NCBI GenBank assembly: GCA_001824135.1
Contig: MHWM01000032.1
Coordinates: 1 to 35,718, forward strand
Direction: 5' to 3'
Origin: Candidatus Zambryskibacteria bacterium RIFCSPLOWO2_02_FULL_39_14
GTDB taxonomy: Bacteria; Patescibacteriota; Minisyncoccia; Phycocordibacterales; Zambryskibacteraceae
DNA length: 35,718 nucleotides
The position numbers were made by a program, and so were the translations under genes. The notes under the pieces are model-generated. The model saw nothing but the letters and a program-made list of their open reading frames with translations. It made no database searches and was not told the DNA's origin. Of this stretch, positions 17,853 through 28,082 are shown one piece after another (position 1 is the stretch's first letter; each line of letters starts with the position of its first letter).

Positions 17853-19715
17853 TTATACATCCAATAAGTCCTTTATATCACTCTTATCTATCTCCCAGAG
17901 AAAGTTCGTTAATTTGGGCCCAGATTTTTTACCAAATAATAATTGGTATAAATTTTGGAAAAAGATGCGTTGATTCGCTATATTTCTTTCCTCGGTAGCA
18001 TTAGCACTCTTCGGCAAAGCGTACAGTAGAGTGATAAATTTATTCAAATTTAATTTTGATTTACGGTCTAGTAATTTATTTAATTTTTTGATTAATTTAA
18101 TATCATCATCAGTCATACTCACTATATACTTCACATTTGGTACCTCTAGAAGGGTGTGAGAATATGCTGGATTGAGATGTATAAAACGCGATTTTTTATC
18201 TTTAATCAAATCCAAGTCTAAATAAATATTATTAGAATTTATATTATCATGGCTTGAATCGCTTGAATTAGATAGTTTCAACTTCAACAATTTTCCAATG
18301 TCCTTCTCTTGTATTTTAGTAAAGATGTCATATTTCTGCTGGTGAAAATTTAATGTTTTTTTATTGAGAATTGGTTTGACAATCCATTTGTAAATATCAC
18401 GCTGAGGTAATGTCGGCATAGTAATGATTTTCCCATTTATACTTAAGCTTGATGCTCCGTACCCATACCCTCCATAAGGATTGATGCCCCTTTCTACACC
18501 ACGAGCATGCAGATGAGTATTGTGAATAAAAGAGGATTTATCATGAAGTAATTTTCCGTGATAAATTTTACCAATCAATTTATTTATATAATTACTTGTC
18601 CCGTAGAGAGTCACGTACATCGCATTCATCAGGTAACGATCATTTTCGAAGTATGATGCAAGTTCAGAATTATCTGCATACTCCTGAACAAAAATTGTAG
18701 GAGCAAATATTTCGTTATAATTTCCTCCACATCTAAGCGGTTTACAAATTATTGTTGGTTCAACTATAGCTTCACTCGTTCTAATAACCCCTTTCGTAGA
18801 AGAATCAAGCCATTCCCTATTTTTTATAAGGAAATCCTCAATTCTAACCAAGTCGTCTGGGTCGCTAATTGGACCAACTCTAGAAGATTTATTGTTATAA
18901 GAACCGATTTTAACTTTACTTAATCCTTCTCTCAATTGTCGCAAGAAATTTGGTAAAATATCTTTATGTACAAGAACTGCATTTGGAGCGGCACAGTCTT
19001 GCCCTTGATTATAGAGTCCTAGAGTTAAGACTGCTTCAATAGCTTTATTTAGATTGGCATCCTTACTGACTACTACTGGATTATGACCAGCTCCATTTGA
19101 AATAAATAGAGTTCGTTTGTCAAAAATAAACCGTAATTTACTTGCATGCGATGGAAGTCCAGTAAAAATAACTGCTTCAGTAGCAGGTATGCTTTCTTTA
19201 GTTTTTGGGTTCACTAATAATGCAGATCTTTCTCTCAAGAATTCGCTCCTCTGCTTCTGCGAAACAAAAATATTTGGAAATAATTTTTTAATTTCCAGAA
19301 GATCCAGCATATCTTGAAAAAAAAGCATCATGCTCTGTGGAATTCGGAAATGCACTTCACTTGCCATCAAAGATGGAACGATGACAAAACACGAAAATGC
19401 ATAGAGTGGCTGATTTCTTGGTAGGAATGAAGCGACTGCTCCAACTCTCAAGAAAAAAAATTTTTTATTTTCCCTGAGGTTTCTAAGTAAATCTAAGGCT
19501 CTATTTACCTCATCTTGTACAACCTCAAAACTCTCATATCTAAGCAAAATATCAGTTAGCTTCTCAAAATGAACTTCAATAAGATCAGCTAGTTGTTTAG
19601 CTTTTTTATCTACTTCAAAAAAATCAATTTTTCTGTAAGGAGAGAAATACTTACTTGAAACTACTTGTTTCTTTAACACGGGTTTTCTCCGGACTGAAAG
19701 TAATGTGTTCACCAT
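17853..19715 (-). CDS. aldehyde dehydrogenase-fold protein fused to a class I LysRS-like C-terminal anticodon-binding domain
   Basis: PRNQP (N101), IFTG, NGAGHNP in place of ELGGKxP, NQGQDC (C241), EIFAP, PYGGYG. C-terminus reads YALPK...QRIFFQNLYQLLFGKKSGPKLTNFLW. Confidence 0.75.
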   Translation of the reverse strand: MVNTLLSVRRKPVLKKQVVSSKYFSPYRKIDFFEVDKKAKQLADLIEVHFEKLTDILLRYESFEVVQDEVNRALDLLRNLRENKKFFFLRVGAVASFLPRNQPLYAFSCFVIVPSLMASEVHFRIPQSMMLFFQDMLDLLEIKKLFPNIFVSQKQRSEFLRERSALLVNPKTKESIPATEAVIFTGLPSHASKLRFIFDKRTLFISNGAGHNPVVVSKDANLNKAIEAVLTLGLYNQGQDCAAPNAVLVHKDILPNFLRQLREGLSKVKIGSYNNKSSRVGPISDPDDLVRIEDFLIKNREWLDSSTKGVIRTSEAIVEPTIICKPLRCGGNYNEIFAPTIFVQEYADNSELASYFENDRYLMNAMYVTLYGTSNYINKLIGKIYHGKLLHDKSSFIHNTHLHARGVERGINPYGGYGYGASSLSINGKIITMPTLPQRDIYKWIVKPILNKKTLNFHQQKYDIFTKIQEKDIGKLLKLKLSNSSDSSHDNINSNNIYLDLDLIKDKKSRFIHLNPAYSHTLLEVPNVKYIVSMTDDDIKLIKKLNKLLDRKSKLNLNKFITLLYALPKSANATEERNIANQRIFFQNLYQLLFGKKSGPKLTNFLWEIDKSDIKDLLDV

Positions 19716-19727
19716 TAATTTAAGAGG

Positions 19728-20069
19728 TCAATTATGAAGTTGCATTAGCACAATTCCTGAAATAGATAGTAGTATTCCGACAAGCTGATACATTGAAACA
19801 TTACTCCATTCTCCAAAAATGAATAGACCAACAAGAATAGTGCTTATAGTAAGAAGCGAATCAACTATTGCCGAAGTCATACTCAAACCTAGTTTTGAAG
19901 TAACTAGTCCGAAAGTTATGAATACCAGTGGAGAAACAATTAAAAGAGCTAGAAACCAAATTGTACTGAATTTTTCTTCCTTGCTTGCCCATACAGCACT
20001 TATGGAATTGGCTGAAAGAGCCACTAAAACAGCACTCAGAATGAAGAACCAGGTCCTTAAAAATGCCAT
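19728..20069 (-). CDS. SMR/DMT-family small 4-TM transporter
   Basis: 113 aa with four TM helices and typical DMT/SMR C-terminal patterns (VGLFIFGE, QLVGILLSISGIVLM). Confidence 0.75.
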   Translation of the reverse strand: MAFLRTWFFILSAVLVALSANSISAVWASKEEKFSTIWFLALLIVSPLVFITFGLVTSKLGLSMTSAIVDSLLTISTILVGLFIFGEWSNVSMYQLVGILLSISGIVLMQLHN

Positions 20070-20075
20070 TTAAGC

Positions 20076-20084
20076 ATTATAACA
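20076..20084 (-). promoter_or_regulatory. extended -10, probably leaderless promoter for SMR-ALDH
   Basis: TGTTATAAT, 6 nt upstream of the ATG at 20069. Confidence 0.6.
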
Positions 20085-20127
20085 CGAATATTTCTCTGTA
20101 AGTAAATCGAGAATTTTAATTAAGATC

Positions 20128-21012
20128 TCACAACCCTAATTTTTTTAAATCTTCTACTACCTTGCGAGCTTCTTTGGAAAGTTTATCGGGTATTTGAATA
20201 GAGATGCGTATATATAAATCACCACGCCCAGATTTACCAGAGTTAGCGTGGTTGTATGGCACACCTTTACCCTTCACTCGCAAGATAGTGCCATGTTTAG
20301 TACCAACAGGCACCTTGAGAGTAATCTCACCATCAAGACTATGAATATTTTTTTCTGCACCGAGAAGAGCTTCTGTGAGTTTAACCACTAAATCCATGAT
20401 CAAGTTATAACCTTCTTTACGTAAATATGGATGCTTACGAACATGAATCTTTACATACAAATCACCCGGTACTCCACCCTCAAGAATTTCACCGTGGCCA
20501 GAGAGACGGATCATTTGTCCATCATCAATACCCGGTGGTACAGAAATAGAAACTTCTTTCTGCTTTACAAATTTAGAATTAATTACGACCTTTCTATCTA
20601 CGCCGAAGATAGATTCTTGGAAAGAAAGTTCAATATCTACCGCGATATCACGTCCGCGTCTGACACGGCGACCACCAAATATACTAGAGAGGATGTCACC
20701 GAGATCTCCAGTATCAAATCCAGCATTACCGAAACCGGAGAAATCAAAACCAAATCCAGACGGGTCAAATCCAGCACTTCTAAAGCCCCCAGTCCCAGTT
20801 CCACCACCACCTACTGAACCAAATGCATCATATTGCGCCCGCTTCTTTTTATCAGAGAGTACCGAGTAGGCTTCACTTGCCTCTTTAAATTTTGCTTCGT
20901 TACCGCCAGATTTATCCGGATGATAAACATGCGCAAGTTTACGGAAAGCTTTTTTTACCTCCTCTTCGCTTGCATCTTTGTTAACTCCTAGAATTTTATA
21001 ATAGTCTTTCAT
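20128..21012 (-). CDS. dnaJ: DnaJ co-chaperone, class B (no zinc finger)
   Basis: J domain KDYY...HPD, G/F-rich linker, C-terminal GDLYV/GDLYI repeats. No CxxCxGxG motif. Confidence 0.92.
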   Translation of the reverse strand: MKDYYKILGVNKDASEEEVKKAFRKLAHVYHPDKSGGNEAKFKEASEAYSVLSDKKKRAQYDAFGSVGGGGTGTGGFRSAGFDPSGFGFDFSGFGNAGFDTGDLGDILSSIFGGRRVRRGRDIAVDIELSFQESIFGVDRKVVINSKFVKQKEVSISVPPGIDDGQMIRLSGHGEILEGGVPGDLYVKIHVRKHPYLRKEGYNLIMDLVVKLTEALLGAEKNIHSLDGEITLKVPVGTKHGTILRVKGKGVPYNHANSGKSGRGDLYIRISIQIPDKLSKEARKVVEDLKKLGL

Positions 21013-21036
21013 AGGTTAACTTATAACTTTAAGCTT

Positions 21037-22944
21037 CTAGCTATTGGCTTTGGGTTCGGAATCATCCTGTTGGGCAGGTTTAACTTCTGCATCTTTTATA
21101 TCACCTTCTTGCTTCGGCACGCCTGAGCCTTCGGCGGAGGTGGCAGGATTCTTACTCATAAACTCACCAATCTTCTGCAATTCTGTAGAAAGAGCTTCTG
21201 TGGCAAATTTTATGGTCTCTAGAGTTCCGGTCCCTTGCTCTTTTTTTAATGCATCAACTTTTCCATTAACAGCAGTTTTTATATCCTCCGGTATATTTGT
21301 AGTGTCTTTCAAAGATTTCTCGGCTGTATAGATTAGCTGTTCAGCAATATTTTTTACATCTACCAAGTCTTTTTTCTTCTGATCTTCGACTGCATTTGAT
21401 TCTGCGTCTTTCTGCATTTTTTCGATATCAGTTTTAGAGAGACCAGAGCTTGCTTCTATCCTGATAGACTGCTCCTTGCCTGTTGTTTTATCCTTAGCCT
21501 TAACACTTAAGATCCCGTTGGCATCTACATCAAAAGTAACTTCGATCTGGGGCATACCGCGCCCTGCTGGTGGTATGCCATCTAATATAAAGCGTCCTAG
21601 AGACTTATTATCAGCCGCCATAGCTCTTTCTCCTTGCACAATGTGTATTTCTACAGAAGTCTGATTATCAGCGGCAGTGGAGAAAATCTGTGATTTAGCA
21701 GACGGAACTGTAGTATTTTTCTCAATCAACTTCGTAGCAACACCACCCATAGTTTCTATACCAAGTGAAAGAGGAATCACATCCAAGAGAAGAACGTCTT
21801 TAACATCACCAGCAAGAATTCCACCTTGAATAGCAGCACCAAGCGCTACAACTTCGTCCGGATTTATAGATTTATTTGGCTCTTTGCCGAAAAATTTCTT
21901 AACCGCATCAGCGATAGCCGGCATACGCGTCTGCCCACCTACTAGTATAACCTCATCAATAACACCTACTTTAAAAGGTGAGGCCTCCATAGCGCGTTTG
22001 GTAATTTCCATAGCCCGGTCTATAAACTCTCTTGAAAGTTCCTCAAGTTTTGCTCTTGAAAGCTTTAGAAGCAAATGTTTAGGACCAGAGGCATCAGAAG
22101 TGACAAACGGTATATTTACTTCTGTTTCAGTAGTGGTTGAAAGTTCTATTTTAGCTTTCTCAGCTGCTTCATCTAGACGTTGAAGTGCCAAAGCATCAGA
22201 TCTAACATCAATACCAGACTCTTTCTTAAACTCTTCGGCAATGTAATTGAGAATCTTCTGATCAATATCTTTACCACCCAAATGAGAATCACCGTCAGTG
22301 GATTTTACTTCGACCACATCATCACCAACTTCCAATATCGAGATGTCGAAAGTACCTCCACCGAAATCAAAGACGGCGATCTTTTCATTTTTCTTTTTAT
22401 TAAATCCATAAGCGAGAGCGGCGGCGGTTGGTTCGTTGATAATGCGTTTAACATCAAGACCTGCAATTTGACCAGCATCTTTGGTAGCTTTTCTTTGAGC
22501 ATCATTGAAATAAGCCGGCACAGTAATAATAGCTTCAGTAATCTTTTCTCCCAACTTAGCTTCAGCATCTACTTTAAGCTTCTGCAAAATCATGGCGGAA
22601 ATTTCTTCCGGACGATTTTCTTTATCAGCCATTTTAACCATGACAGAACCATCTTTAGCAGAAAGAATTTCAAAAGGCACAGTGGACTTATCCTTCTGGA
22701 CAGCCGGATCAGAGAAAGTGTGGCCGATAAAGCGTTTGATACCGAAAATAGTATTTTTGGGGTTAGTCACAGCTTGGCGCTTAGCCAAAAGACCCACCAG
22801 ACGATCGCCTGTTTTAGAAACAGCTACTATAGAAGGAGTAGTGCGTACACCTTCAGCATTTTCTATAATTTTTGGTTGACCTGCTTCCATGACCGCAAGA
22901 GCGGAGTTAGTGGTGCCGAGATCTATTCCAATGATTTTAGCCAT
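21037..22944 (-). CDS. dnaK: chaperone DnaK
   Basis: [47 protein letters not shown]. Confidence 0.99.
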   Translation of the reverse strand: MAKIIGIDLGTTNSALAVMEAGQPKIIENAEGVRTTPSIVAVSKTGDRLVGLLAKRQAVTNPKNTIFGIKRFIGHTFSDPAVQKDKSTVPFEILSAKDGSVMVKMADKENRPEEISAMILQKLKVDAEAKLGEKITEAIITVPAYFNDAQRKATKDAGQIAGLDVKRIINEPTAAALAYGFNKKKNEKIAVFDFGGGTFDISILEVGDDVVEVKSTDGDSHLGGKDIDQKILNYIAEEFKKESGIDVRSDALALQRLDEAAEKAKIELSTTTETEVNIPFVTSDASGPKHLLLKLSRAKLEELSREFIDRAMEITKRAMEASPFKVGVIDEVILVGGQTRMPAIADAVKKFFGKEPNKSINPDEVVALGAAIQGGILAGDVKDVLLLDVIPLSLGIETMGGVATKLIEKNTTVPSAKSQIFSTAADNQTSVEIHIVQGERAMAADNKSLGRFILDGIPPAGRGMPQIEVTFDVDANGILSVKAKDKTTGKEQSIRIEASSGLSKTDIEKMQKDAESNAVEDQKKKDLVDVKNIAEQLIYTAEKSLKDTTNIPEDIKTAVNGKVDALKKEQGTGTLETIKFATEALSTELQKIGEFMSKNPATSAEGSGVPKQEGDIKDAEVKPAQQDDSEPKANS

Positions 22945-22955
22945 GATGTTTAAGT

Positions 22956-23471
22956 TTAATTGCTAATAAATTCCCCTACTTTTACTTTTGCCGGACGGAT
23001 CACTTTGCCATTTAACTTATACCCTTTCTGCATAACTTCAAGCACCAGATGATCTTGTTCTTTTTTCTCTGTACTAATCATCCCCAATGCTTCGTGTTCA
23101 TGCGGATTAAATGTCTTGCCAACTGGGTCTAATTCTTCAAGACCTTTGACCTTGAGTATAGCTACTAACTGATTATAGATAGGCTCAAGGTCTTTGCGGT
23201 CTAGAGACAGAGATATATTAAAACTATCTAGCACAGGAATCAATTCTTCTATCAATCCTTGATTCGCAAACTTAATAAATTCTAGCTTAGCTTCTTCGTC
23301 ACGACGCCGGAGATTGGCGAAATCTGCCTGACTTCTCTGCCATCCGTCTAAATATTCTTTAGCTTTCGTTTCAGCCTGTTTAATCTTTTCTCTAAGCTTC
23401 TTCTCTTTTTCAGCATAATTTACCGAATCAAGGTCATCTTCTATAACGATGTCTTCATCTTCCTTATTCAT
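22956..23471 (-). CDS. grpE: nucleotide exchange factor GrpE
   Basis: [36 protein letters not shown]. Confidence 0.96.
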   Translation of the reverse strand: MNKEDEDIVIEDDLDSVNYAEKEKKLREKIKQAETKAKEYLDGWQRSQADFANLRRRDEEAKLEFIKFANQGLIEELIPVLDSFNISLSLDRKDLEPIYNQLVAILKVKGLEELDPVGKTFNPHEHEALGMISTEKKEQDHLVLEVMQKGYKLNGKVIRPAKVKVGEFISN

Positions 23472-23485
23472 ATTTTTCTAATTAC

Positions 23486-23899
23486 CTAACGCTTCGACCA
23501 CTGAGGCGCCTTACGAGCCTTCTTAAGACCGAATTTCCTGCGTTCTTTAGCACGAGGATCGCGTTTAAGAAAACCCTTCTGCTTCAACTTAGTACGCAGA
23601 AGAGCATCATGTATTACAAGTGCTCGTGCTAAACCATGTCTAAGAGCTTCGGCTTGTGATGAATTACCTCCTCCTTTTACCTTAGCAGTCACAGAAAACT
23701 TGTCTGTGGTGTCATCAAAAACGGACAAGACTATTTTCTTGAGCATCAAGGTAGGAAAATATGCTTCTAGTTCTTTTTCATTTACAGATACAGAAATCTT
23801 TGAAGCAGGAGTAAGACGCACCCGAGCTACAGAAGTCTTGCGCCTCCCTACTGCTTCAATGTATCGTTCCTTGTTTTCTATTGTCTTGGTAATCATCAT
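23486..23899 (-). CDS. rpsI: 30S ribosomal protein S9
   Basis: GRRKTSVARV, GGG, RDPRAKERRKFGLKKARKAPQWSKR. Confidence 0.98.
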   Translation of the reverse strand: MMITKTIENKERYIEAVGRRKTSVARVRLTPASKISVSVNEKELEAYFPTLMLKKIVLSVFDDTTDKFSVTAKVKGGGNSSQAEALRHGLARALVIHDALLRTKLKQKGFLKRDPRAKERRKFGLKKARKAPQWSKR

Positions 23900-23907
23900 T
23901 TATAAAA

Positions 23908-24255
23908 CTAATCTTTAATTGTTAAATTTTTCATCATCTGCGTACGCAATTTATTCTTCGGAAGCATGCCATAGACTGCTCGGCGTAACACCTCTCTTGC
24001 TCCCTTGGTCTCAACCACGTGTTCCTGTGATTGTCTTTTGAGCTTACCCGGAAAACCAGAATGATGCGAGTAAATTTTATCTCTGAGTTTTTTAGGATTA
24101 AGAGACATTAGAGAACTAGAAATTACCTCTACTTTAACATCAGGGATGCGATTTCTAGAAAAATCTGTCCTGTCCTTACCCATAAGAAGCACAGCCACAT
24201 CTGTAGCTACTCTTCCGGGTACTCTGTCTTTAGCATCAATTACGTGTTTTTTCAT
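23908..24255 (-). CDS. rplM: 50S ribosomal protein L13 (short form)
   Basis: IDA...GRVAT, YSHHSGFPG, AVYGMLPKNKL. Upstream of rpsI. Confidence 0.95.
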   Translation of the reverse strand: MKKHVIDAKDRVPGRVATDVAVLLMGKDRTDFSRNRIPDVKVEVISSSLMSLNPKKLRDKIYSHHSGFPGKLKRQSQEHVVETKGAREVLRRAVYGMLPKNKLRTQMMKNLTIKD

Positions 24256-24599
24256 ACAAATTCTATGACGGCCATCGGACTAGCATCACTTGTTCGCGAT
24301 ATCATCTTAGTAATTCTGGTATAACCTCCAGCTCTTTCTTTATAAGTTGGAGATAATTCTTCTACAATTTTTTTAGCCACCTTAACTCCTACCCGACCCT
24401 CAATAAAACGACGAGAAGCAAGAGTTTTCTTCTTACCTAAAGTCACAAGTTTCTCCATATAAGGTCTCAACTCTTTAGCCTTAGCTTCTGTTGTTTTAAT
24501 TTTCCCTTTTAGAGCTAGAGAATATGCGAGTGAACGAAGCAGAGCTACTCTCTGATTTTTTTTGCGGCCAAATTTTCTGTTCGCATTATGATGTCTCAT
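24252..24599 (-). CDS. rplQ: 50S ribosomal protein L17
   Basis: MRHH, IKTTEAKAKELR, GGYTRI, MAVIEFV. Confidence 0.98.
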   Translation of the reverse strand: MRHHNANRKFGRKKNQRVALLRSLAYSLALKGKIKTTEAKAKELRPYMEKLVTLGKKKTLASRRFIEGRVGVKVAKKIVEELSPTYKERAGGYTRITKMISRTSDASPMAVIEFV

Positions 24600-25558
24600 T
24601 TCAATGTTATACCAAACTCACCAAGTGCTTTTTTTATTTCTTGAATACCCTTAGTTCCCAGACCAGCAATATCTAAGAGATCTTTCTCTTTCTTACGAGC
24701 TAGACCACCTACAGTGCGAATATTGGCGATAGAAAGTGCGTGTCTAGTACGAAGTGAAATATCCAGTGACTCTACGCGTGTTTTAAGCACTTCAGGATCA
24801 ACTTCTGCTCTAGAAGATGTGCTTTGCTCTGCTTCAATATCTTTACCTGAAACTTCTGGTTCATCTTCTTTAAAACCTACAATAGCTTTAAGTTGATTTA
24901 TCATGGTCTCAATAGCAGAAGTAAGAGCAAAGGTTGGAGAGACGGTTCCGTCAGTCTCAATGAACATTCTAAGTTTATTGAAATCTGTCCTGTTTCCAAC
25001 ACGCATGTTTTCAACTTCATAACTTGCACGACGAATAGGGGTGAAGATACCATCAAGAGCAATGGTGCCGATATCTACACGATTTTTGTCGATCATCTCT
25101 TTAGGCATAAAACCAAGGCCTTTTTCGGCCTTGATTTCCATATCGAGCAGAGCATTTTTACTGGTGAGAGTGGCGATAATTTCGTCTGGAGTAAGGATTT
25201 CTACTTGACCAGGTACTTCCAAATCAGAAGCCTTAATCACTTTCTCTCCCTTGACCTTTAGAGATAGAGTCTGAGGATCATCAGTAGAGAAACGCATGCG
25301 GATTTTCTTTAGATTAAGAAGGATGGTAATGATATCCTCTTTTACCCCGTCCAATACGGAAAACTCGTGACTGACGCCAGCAATCTTAACAGAAGTGATG
25401 GCTACACCCGGCAGAGATGACAAGATGATACGACGAAGACTATTACCTAGAGTATGTCCATAACCAGGATAAAGACCTTCAATTTCGAAAACGCCACTAT
25501 CTCCTTCTTCAGAGATAATCTTTGGTTTAGAGGGTAAAAGTATTGTGTAATCAACCAT
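24596..25558 (-). CDS. rpoA: RNA polymerase subunit alpha
   Basis: GYGHTLGNSLRRIILSSLPG, HEFS, GVKED, and an alpha-CTD. Confidence 0.98.
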   Translation of the reverse strand: MVDYTILLPSKPKIISEEGDSGVFEIEGLYPGYGHTLGNSLRRIILSSLPGVAITSVKIAGVSHEFSVLDGVKEDIITILLNLKKIRMRFSTDDPQTLSLKVKGEKVIKASDLEVPGQVEILTPDEIIATLTSKNALLDMEIKAEKGLGFMPKEMIDKNRVDIGTIALDGIFTPIRRASYEVENMRVGNRTDFNKLRMFIETDGTVSPTFALTSAIETMINQLKAIVGFKEDEPEVSGKDIEAEQSTSSRAEVDPEVLKTRVESLDISLRTRHALSIANIRTVGGLARKKEKDLLDIAGLGTKGIQEIKKALGEFGITLK

Positions 25559-25583
25559 AAAATATATAAAAAATTAATGTTTA

Positions 25584-25612
25584 ATTATACGCTAATAATG
25601 CTCATAAGGCAA
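25584..25612 (-). promoter_or_regulatory. internal sigma70 promoter upstream of rpoA
   Basis: TTGCCT-17 nt-TATAAT in the rpsD-rpoA spacer. Confidence 0.65.
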
Positions 25613-25643
25613 GTTTTATGAATCGTGGTAAAGAATATCATAA

Positions 25644-26249
25644 TTATCTGTTATAAAATTCAATTACTACTCCAAGATCAAATACATGCTCTTGCGGTAC
25701 ATATACCGGATGACCATTGACCACCACCTGTTTCTTGACAGGGTCAACTTTGAGCCAAGCTGGAATCATAACTGTCTTTAATCTTTCTGATACTTCACTA
25801 AAGAGAGAACTGTTGATCGAGCCAGCACGCAAACTGACAATATCACCCTCTGAAAGAAGAATTGAGGGTATGGTTACACGTTTGTTGTTTACCATGATGT
25901 GTCCATGACTTGCAGTTTGACGAGCTTGAGCACGAGTCTTGCTTAATCCAGAGCGAAAGAGAACATTATCTAGACGACTCTCAAGAATAGTAAATAGTTT
26001 TTGTATAGGCTCTTGTTCATGAAGAGATTTATCAACATAGTTTCTAAACTGCTTCTCAGTCAAGCCATAACTGAAACGAGCTTTCTGTTTTTCTATCAAC
26101 TCACGGCCGTATTCAGATTTTGGTTTACCGCGACCTTTACTATTTCTTTCCTTGCGAGCTAAAGAGAGTGCATATTTAGGGGTTTGAGTTTTCTCAAATA
26201 TTGGTGCTCCCAGACGTCTAGCTATTTTATATTTAGGTCCTATCTTCAT
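25644..26249 (-). CDS. rpsD: 30S ribosomal protein S4
   Basis: SEYGRELIEKQK, LESRLDNV, ARQ..SHGH, VIEFYNR. Confidence 0.97.
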   Translation of the reverse strand: MKIGPKYKIARRLGAPIFEKTQTPKYALSLARKERNSKGRGKPKSEYGRELIEKQKARFSYGLTEKQFRNYVDKSLHEQEPIQKLFTILESRLDNVLFRSGLSKTRAQARQTASHGHIMVNNKRVTIPSILLSEGDIVSLRAGSINSSLFSEVSERLKTVMIPAWLKVDPVKKQVVVNGHPVYVPQEHVFDLGVVIEFYNR

Positions 26250-26265
26250 ATAGTTTTATGCAATA

Positions 26266-26712
26266 TTAATTTCTACGAGGTCGAGGTGGTTTAGGACCAT
26301 TATGAGGTACCGAAGTTTTGTCTTGGATAGTAGTTAGATTTATTCCTTTTGAGATAAACCCTCTTATGGCTGATTCTCGGCCAGAACCCACACCCTTTAC
26401 AACAACTTTGACTTCCTTAACTCCCAAAGTTTGAGCCTTAAGCGCCAATGTCTCACCAACCTTAGCGGCTGCAAATGGTGTACCCTTTTTAGCACCTTTA
26501 AAACCCAAAGCACCACTTGATGACCAAGCTAGAGTATTATATTTGTTATCTGTAAGAGTAACCTTAGTATTATTATATGTAGATTCAACATATAAGACGC
26601 CTGAGTCGATATGCTTTTTACTAAGCTTCTGTTCTTTTACTGCATCATCTGTAGCTACAGCCACATCAGTTTCTGAAGCTTTATCTGTTTTTACTATACG
26701 TTTCTTACCCAT
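26266..26712 (-). CDS. rpsK: 30S ribosomal protein S11
   Basis: STYNNT, GFKGAKKGTPFAA, GSGRESAIR, PHNG. Confidence 0.98.
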   Translation of the reverse strand: MGKKRIVKTDKASETDVAVATDDAVKEQKLSKKHIDSGVLYVESTYNNTKVTLTDNKYNTLAWSSSGALGFKGAKKGTPFAAAKVGETLALKAQTLGVKEVKVVVKGVGSGRESAIRGFISKGINLTTIQDKTSVPHNGPKPPRPRRN

Positions 26713-26739
26713 AATTATTTATATTGAATCTTGATTTTA

Positions 26740-27117
26740 TTATTTCTTTTCCGCAATCTTTCTTCCTGTGCCCATAGTCTTTCTAGCACCTCGTTTTGTG
26801 CGAGCATTAGTCTTAGTACGTTGACCACGCACCGGAAGATTGCGCAAATGACGCATGCCACGATAGGTCTTAATATCTTTCAGGCGTTTAATATTTCCAG
26901 TGATTTCTCTCTTTAGATCGCCTTCAAGAGTCATACCCTCTATAACAGAACGAATTTTATTTTCCTGTTCTATACTTACATCTTTTGATTTAATCCCAAG
27001 TGGCACACCGGCTTTTTCAAGAATAGTCCTAGCGCGAGAGCGACCAATCCCAAAAAGGACCAGTAGGCCGATTTCTAAACGTTTTTCTTCTGGGATAGTT
27101 ATACCGAGTATTCTCAT
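26740..27117 (-). CDS. rpsM: 30S ribosomal protein S13
   Basis: FGIG, LEGDL, YRGMRH, LPVRGQRTKTNART. Confidence 0.98.
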   Translation of the reverse strand: MRILGITIPEEKRLEIGLLVLFGIGRSRARTILEKAGVPLGIKSKDVSIEQENKIRSVIEGMTLEGDLKREITGNIKRLKDIKTYRGMRHLRNLPVRGQRTKTNARTKRGARKTMGTGRKIAEKK

Positions 27118-27233
27118 TAGCCTTGTCTTTGTTTATGGCGAGGGTTAGCCTTGCAAACTACATAAACATAGCCCTTTCTACGGACTATTTGGCACTTAGC
27201 ACATATTTTCCTGACCGCTGCCTTAACTTTCAT
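27117..27233 (-). CDS. rpmJ: 50S ribosomal protein L36 (Zn-binding form; not in ORF track)
   Basis: [43 protein letters not shown] overlap with rpsM. Confidence 0.97.
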   Translation of the reverse strand: MKVKAAVRKICAKCQIVRRKGYVYVVCKANPRHKQRQG

Positions 27234-27244
27234 AGCAAGTCTGC

Positions 27245-27273
27245 ATTCTAGCTTAACTTTGTTTTCCTGTCTA
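27245..27273 (-). promoter_or_regulatory. sigma70 promoter for rpmJ-rpsM-rpsK-rpsD
   Basis: TAGACA-17 nt-TAGAAT, 11 nt upstream of the rpmJ ATG. Confidence 0.65.
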
Positions 27274-27281
27274 CCCCTAAT

Positions 27282-28082
27282 CTATATTTGGTTTGAAATT
27301 GTCATATCTTTATATACTACCACCGCTCTATTATCCATTATCTCCCAATCAGAGATAAATTTATTTTTCCCCATTCTTATCCTGCCATAAATTGGATCCA
27401 TGAGTATTATCTCTTTAGGATTAAGAGGGTCGCCCGTAAAACCTATCACCACCCTAGCGTGTTCTCCTGGACGAACTGACACCACTTTCCCATCTTTAGT
27501 CTGCCAAGACACAGGTGCTCTTCGGGATAAAAGTCCCCAAACGATAACAGGATTGCCTGACAAGACTTCATTTAAAACTTCTGTCAAATCAGCATCCTCA
27601 AGAATAGCTGCATTGTAGTACTCCAAAGCCAGATTAAGAATAGGCTTCTCATAAACACCAAACCCGGTGCGGTTAAAGATCGAACCATTAACACTTCCGA
27701 TAAATCCATCTTCTGGATCACCCCAAGTGCCATCTGAAGACATGGGTTCTCTAGTATCAAAAGCTAATTTATCCAAAAGCTCTGCTTCAGATACATTTGT
27801 ACCACGATAACTAAGTACCGTCCTTAGAGCAGCTACTTCGCAAGTCAAACCATTTTCTTGGCGAAAATATGGCATTGATAAAGAAAATGAGGCTTCTCCT
27901 TGAAATGAACCCACTAATGCCAAGTGATTTACTGTTGAGTAAAATAATGTATGTGCCAAATGTTCGAACCGTGATGTTTTGTGATAATTAGGATGTTTCT
28001 GTAAAGAAACAAATAGAAAAATTGCCAAAAAAACAATTCCTGTACTAGCAAGTAGTGTTTTGTCAGATATTTTCTTTATCAC
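27282..28082 (-). CDS. membrane-anchored C39-like cysteine peptidase (Peptidase_C39_2 type)
   Basis: N-terminal TM helix, PYFRQENGLTCEVAAL (Q...C), GDPEDGFIG, GNPVIVW, HARVVIG, MDP. Confidence 0.85.
   Translation of the reverse strand: MIKKISDKTLLASTGIVFLAIFLFVSLQKHPNYHKTSRFEHLAHTLFYSTVNHLALVGSFQGEASFSLSMPYFRQENGLTCEVAALRTVLSYRGTNVSEAELLDKLAFDTREPMSSDGTWGDPEDGFIGSVNGSIFNRTGFGVYEKPILNLALEYYNAAILEDADLTEVLNEVLSGNPVIVWGLLSRRAPVSWQTKDGKVVSVRPGEHARVVIGFTGDPLNPKEIILMDPIYGRIRMGKNKFISDWEIMDNRAVVVYKDMTISNQI

Noticed and set aside
20085..20127. Degenerate site closing the island at its right end
   Set aside because: Only short ATTCTCG/ATTCG fragments are present, with no CGCGCG core.
22180..22953. 257-aa plus-strand ORF and other ORFs antisense to dnaK
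   Set aside because: Long antisense frames opposite dnaK are a known artefact, and these have no motifs or expression signals.
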